A DNA stretch of 64,000 nt from Camelus ferus (taxonomy: Eukaryota): positions 106,952,001 to 107,016,000 of the forward strand of contig NC_045696.1 of NCBI RefSeq assembly GCF_009834535.1. The letters are read 5' to 3'. Positions 61,341 to 64,000 of the stretch are shown piece after piece; within the stretch, counting starts at the first letter, position 1; each line of letters begins with the position of its first letter. The notes beneath the pieces were generated by a model. The model ran no database searches and was not told where the DNA came from. It saw nothing but the letters and a program-made list of their open reading frames with translations. The translations under genes were made by a program, and so were the position numbers.

Positions 61341-61595
61341 GTTAATTAGAAATAATTCTTAATTGACATAAGCACATTTATTGGCCCATGTGCAGGACAC
61401 AGCTCCTCGCTCTACTTTTCTAGCCTTTGTGTTGACTTTATTTCTTTGGCTGGTCTTTCCAGGTTGAGGCTATAGCATCTCCAGCCTCATATTCTGTGGA
61501 GTAATGAAAAAATTTTTGTCCCCAATAATTCAAAAAAAAAAATTCCCCATAACTGAGTTCCATTGGACTAGCTTAGCTGGCATGCTGATCCTCAA
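61341..61595 (+). repeat. Dispersed duplication, copy 1 (255 bp)
   Basis: Identical to 62973-63226 except one G/A substitution and one base of A-run length. Confidence 0.97.
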
Positions 61596-61760
61596 ATGAA
61601 CTGTGCTGATTGGCCAAGACTAGGTCATGTGATGGCCCTATAGCTGGGGAGTGAGGCTGAGCACATGGCTTGACGTCGGGGAAAGTTTTCCCCAAAGAAA
61701 ATAGAAGGGTTACTACCAAGATGGAAAGTGCAGTGTGGGAGAGAATGGATTGGAGGCTAC
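61440..61760 (-). mobile_element. MaLR LTR fragment, MLT1K-like
   Basis: GAGTTCCATTGGACTAGCTTAG..TGCTGATTGGCCAAGACTAGGTCATGTG..TTCCCAAAGAAAATAG..TTACTACCAAGA. Confidence 0.55.
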
Positions 61761-62194
61761 CAAAGACAAAGGATGTTCACCAGGCTTTTGAAGACTCAAG
61801 TCTTGGAATGCTAGTAACAACAGAGCCCAAGAAACACGCAGACAGCACGTCTGCATCTCTGCTGGTCAAAGTGGGGAGGGAGAGCATGGGTCCCGGGCTC
61901 TGCACTGAGAACCACTGCTCTGCAGCTGCTTCTCCCCAACGTCCATACAAAGTGACCAAAAGCCTCCCTGCTGGTCTTAGGAGCAGGACGCTGCTGGGAA
62001 AGTCAGAATGACAAAGTGCACCTGTGGAGTCTGCCCTTAAATTTTGTTTTCATTCCCTTCCAATAACTGTTCTTCCACAGATTCTCGCCCTGCTCACACT
62101 ACCGTGCACCCTTCTCTTGCCTCTATTTACAAGTGTTCCAGTGATTCAGAAGCCAGCCCTGGAAAGTCCTCTGGCTATTAGTCCAGGAATCCCC

Positions 62195-62570
62195 GTTTTT
62201 TCAAATAGTAATTGTGTGGGGTAGTCATAGATGCTGTGCTCAGAAGGAATTCTGTGGTCCAAAATAGTGTGGGAGGTGGGGAGGGTATAGCTCAGCGGTA
62301 GAGTACGTGCTTGACATGCATGAGTTCCTGGGTTCAATCCCTAGTACCTCCACTAAGGGAGAAAAAGTGTGGAAAACACTGGGTTAAACAACGTTAAAAG
62401 ATTTATTTAGTGCAAATCTTCTAGTCCTTAAAGTGTAGGTATGTATTATGAATCTATCAGAGGAAGCTTTGGTAAGGAGCATTTCCCACATTTACTTAAA
62501 TAAGGGATTTTATTTCAAAAGACGTCAAGAGAAGTCATTGTTTCTACAGAACACATGTTGAGAAAAGCTG
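62195..62570. mobile_element. hAT-Charlie (Charlie4-like) DNA transposon remnant interrupted by a SINE
   Basis: TTCTGTGGTC..AACACTGGGTTAAACAACGTTAAA..GCATTTCCCACATTTACT..AGAACACATGTTGAGAAAAGCTG. Confidence 0.55.
62273..62361 (+). mobile_element. tRNA-derived SINE (Vic-1 type) with TSD
   Basis: GGGGAGGGTATAGCTCAGCGGTAGAG..GGTTCAATCCCTAGTACCTCC; TSD AAATAGTGTGG (62262-62272) / AAAAAGTGTGG (62362-62372). Confidence 0.9.
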
Positions 62571-62972
62571 GTTTTGCCTCTCACCCCTTCACTTCCCAGA
62601 TGAAAAACTCAATTCTCACAGAGTTTTAATGACCTGCTCCATCTGTAGCTGGTTAGCAGGAGGGCCACCAGACTCATCTCGCAATTCCAAGTGCCGAGAC
62701 TTGTCCCTTGCACTGAATCTTTGCGGGGGACACCCTGTCCTTCCAGGGCCATCTCGCTCCCCATGAGAACACGCAGGGTCTGCTCTGCGTCTGGAGGCGG
62801 GGCTGGAGTCCCCAGGTGCCCCTACTTCTGAGGCAAGGCTGGTGGGCTGAACTGGTGTACTTTTCCACCAGCACCTCAAAGCTGAGGCAGCAGTGAAATC
62901 AGACAGCTGGGAAACAGGGCAACAGTTTAGTAAAGAGATTGCACAGTGCTCAGTACATAGGAAGTTCTCAAA

Positions 62973-63226
62973 GTTAATTAGAAATAATTCTTAATTGACA
63001 TAAGCACATTTATTGGCCCATGTGCAGGACACAGCTCCTCACTCTACTTTTCTAGCCTTTGTGTTGACTTTATTTCTTTGGCTGGTCTTTCCAGGTTGAG
63101 GCTATAGCATCTCCAGCCTCATATTCTGTGGAGTAATGAAAAAATTTTTGTCCCCAATAATTCAAAAAAAAAATTCCCCATAACTGAGTTCCATTGGACT
63201 AGCTTAGCTGGCATGCTGATCCTCAA
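62973..63226 (+). repeat. Dispersed duplication, copy 2 (254 bp)
   Basis: Near-identical to 61341-61595. Confidence 0.97.
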
Positions 63227-63258
63227 CTGGGAGCCCGGACCACAGACAACAGTAAATA

Positions 63259-63710
63259 CTGTCTCAGGTTGGGATCCCCAGAGGTATGCACTCAAAAGGA
63301 TTTGAGTGCTAATAGTTATTTGGGAAGTGACTCCAGGAAGCAGATAGGTAGGATGTGAAGAAGTCAGCATGAGGGGAAAGAAGCCAGTCCAGGGTGGCTT
63401 CGTGTGACGGTTACCAAAGTGGGCAAGGTTGTCTAGGGAAGCAGTATATAACACGTCTCAAAACGCCCTGCCCAGCGTGCAAGGAACTGGAGTATTTATC
63501 ACCAACTCTCATCCATGGTTGGCTGGAGACTCTTACTGGGGATGTTAATGCCCCAGCACTCCTGGCCTCCAGGGGACCAAGAACGTTGCTGTGGTACCAC
63601 GCCGGGTGCTGACAGCATCAGTCAAGCCCTGTGGGGGTGTCCCCGGCACAGGGCTGCGGTGGGAGTGTCCCCGGCACAGGGCTGCGGTGGGACACATTGT
63701 CTCGCTCAGC
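63259..63710 (-). mobile_element. ERVL LTR, LTR16-like
   Basis: TGTCTCAGGTTGGGATCCCCAGAG..AAGGATTTGAGTGC..TTATTTGGGAAGTGACTCCAGGAAGC..GGAGTATTTAT. Confidence 0.65.
63631..63692 (+). repeat. 28-bp tandem duplication
   Basis: GTGGG(G/A)GTGTCCCCGGCACAGGGCTGCG x2 followed by GTGGGA. Confidence 0.95.
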
Positions 63711-63784
63711 ACCAGTGACCCGGCCCCAGCAAGTCCATTGTGGAGGCTCTGAGGATGCAGGCCGCACCCGGAAGGCAGTTCTTG

Positions 63785-63948
63785 TATAATCCTACCTCAG
63801 AAGTGACATCTCATCACTTCTGCAGGCTCATACTGGTTGGGAGCGAGTCAGTAGGTCCAGCTCACCCGCAGGGAGAGGAGATTACAGAAGGGCAAAAATA
63901 GCAGGACATGAAGGTCGTTGGGGGCTGTTTGAGAGGCTGCCTGCTACA
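63785..63948 (-). mobile_element. MaLR LTR fragment, MLT1F-like
   Basis: CTCAGAAGTGACATCTCATCACTTCTGC..GTCCAGCTCAC..GAGGCTGCCTGCTACA. Confidence 0.7.
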
Positions 63949-64000
63949 TTGCCCTCTGCCCCCCAGCAATTCCTGACCCTCCCCACATGCAAAACACACA

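Overview
Repeat-rich, non-coding mammalian genomic DNA, most likely from a camelid. The evidence is five tRNA-derived SINEs of the Vic-1 type (GGGGAGGGTATAGCTCAGTGGTAGAG...GGTTCAATCCCCAGTACCTCC) and young L1 3' ends of camelid type. I found no credible protein-coding gene: the supplied ORFs are decayed L1 ORF2 pieces, SINE antisense frames or chance ORFs. Much of the window is recognisable transposon sequence (L1, L2, MIR, CR1/L3, MaLR/ERVL LTRs, hAT MITEs). Between the repeats lie blocks dense in homeodomain, TALE, POU and SOX motifs that look like conserved developmental enhancers, the strongest at about 44.8-45.9 kb. This suggests a gene desert or a very large intron near a developmental regulator (inference; gene not identifiable). 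The most unusual directly visible structures are four: a 278-bp TSD-flanked retro-insertion of mostly unrecognised sequence (54113-54390); a near-identical 255-bp dispersed duplication (61341-61595 / 62973-63226); a SINE rewritten by a patchwork of templated inverted and direct mini-insertions (41648-41776); and a twin-primed, 5'-inverted L1 with a perfect 15-bp TSD (3648-4770). I do not see convincing evidence of a new multi-gene system. Repeat subfamily names come from recalled consensus sequences and their boundaries are approximate.
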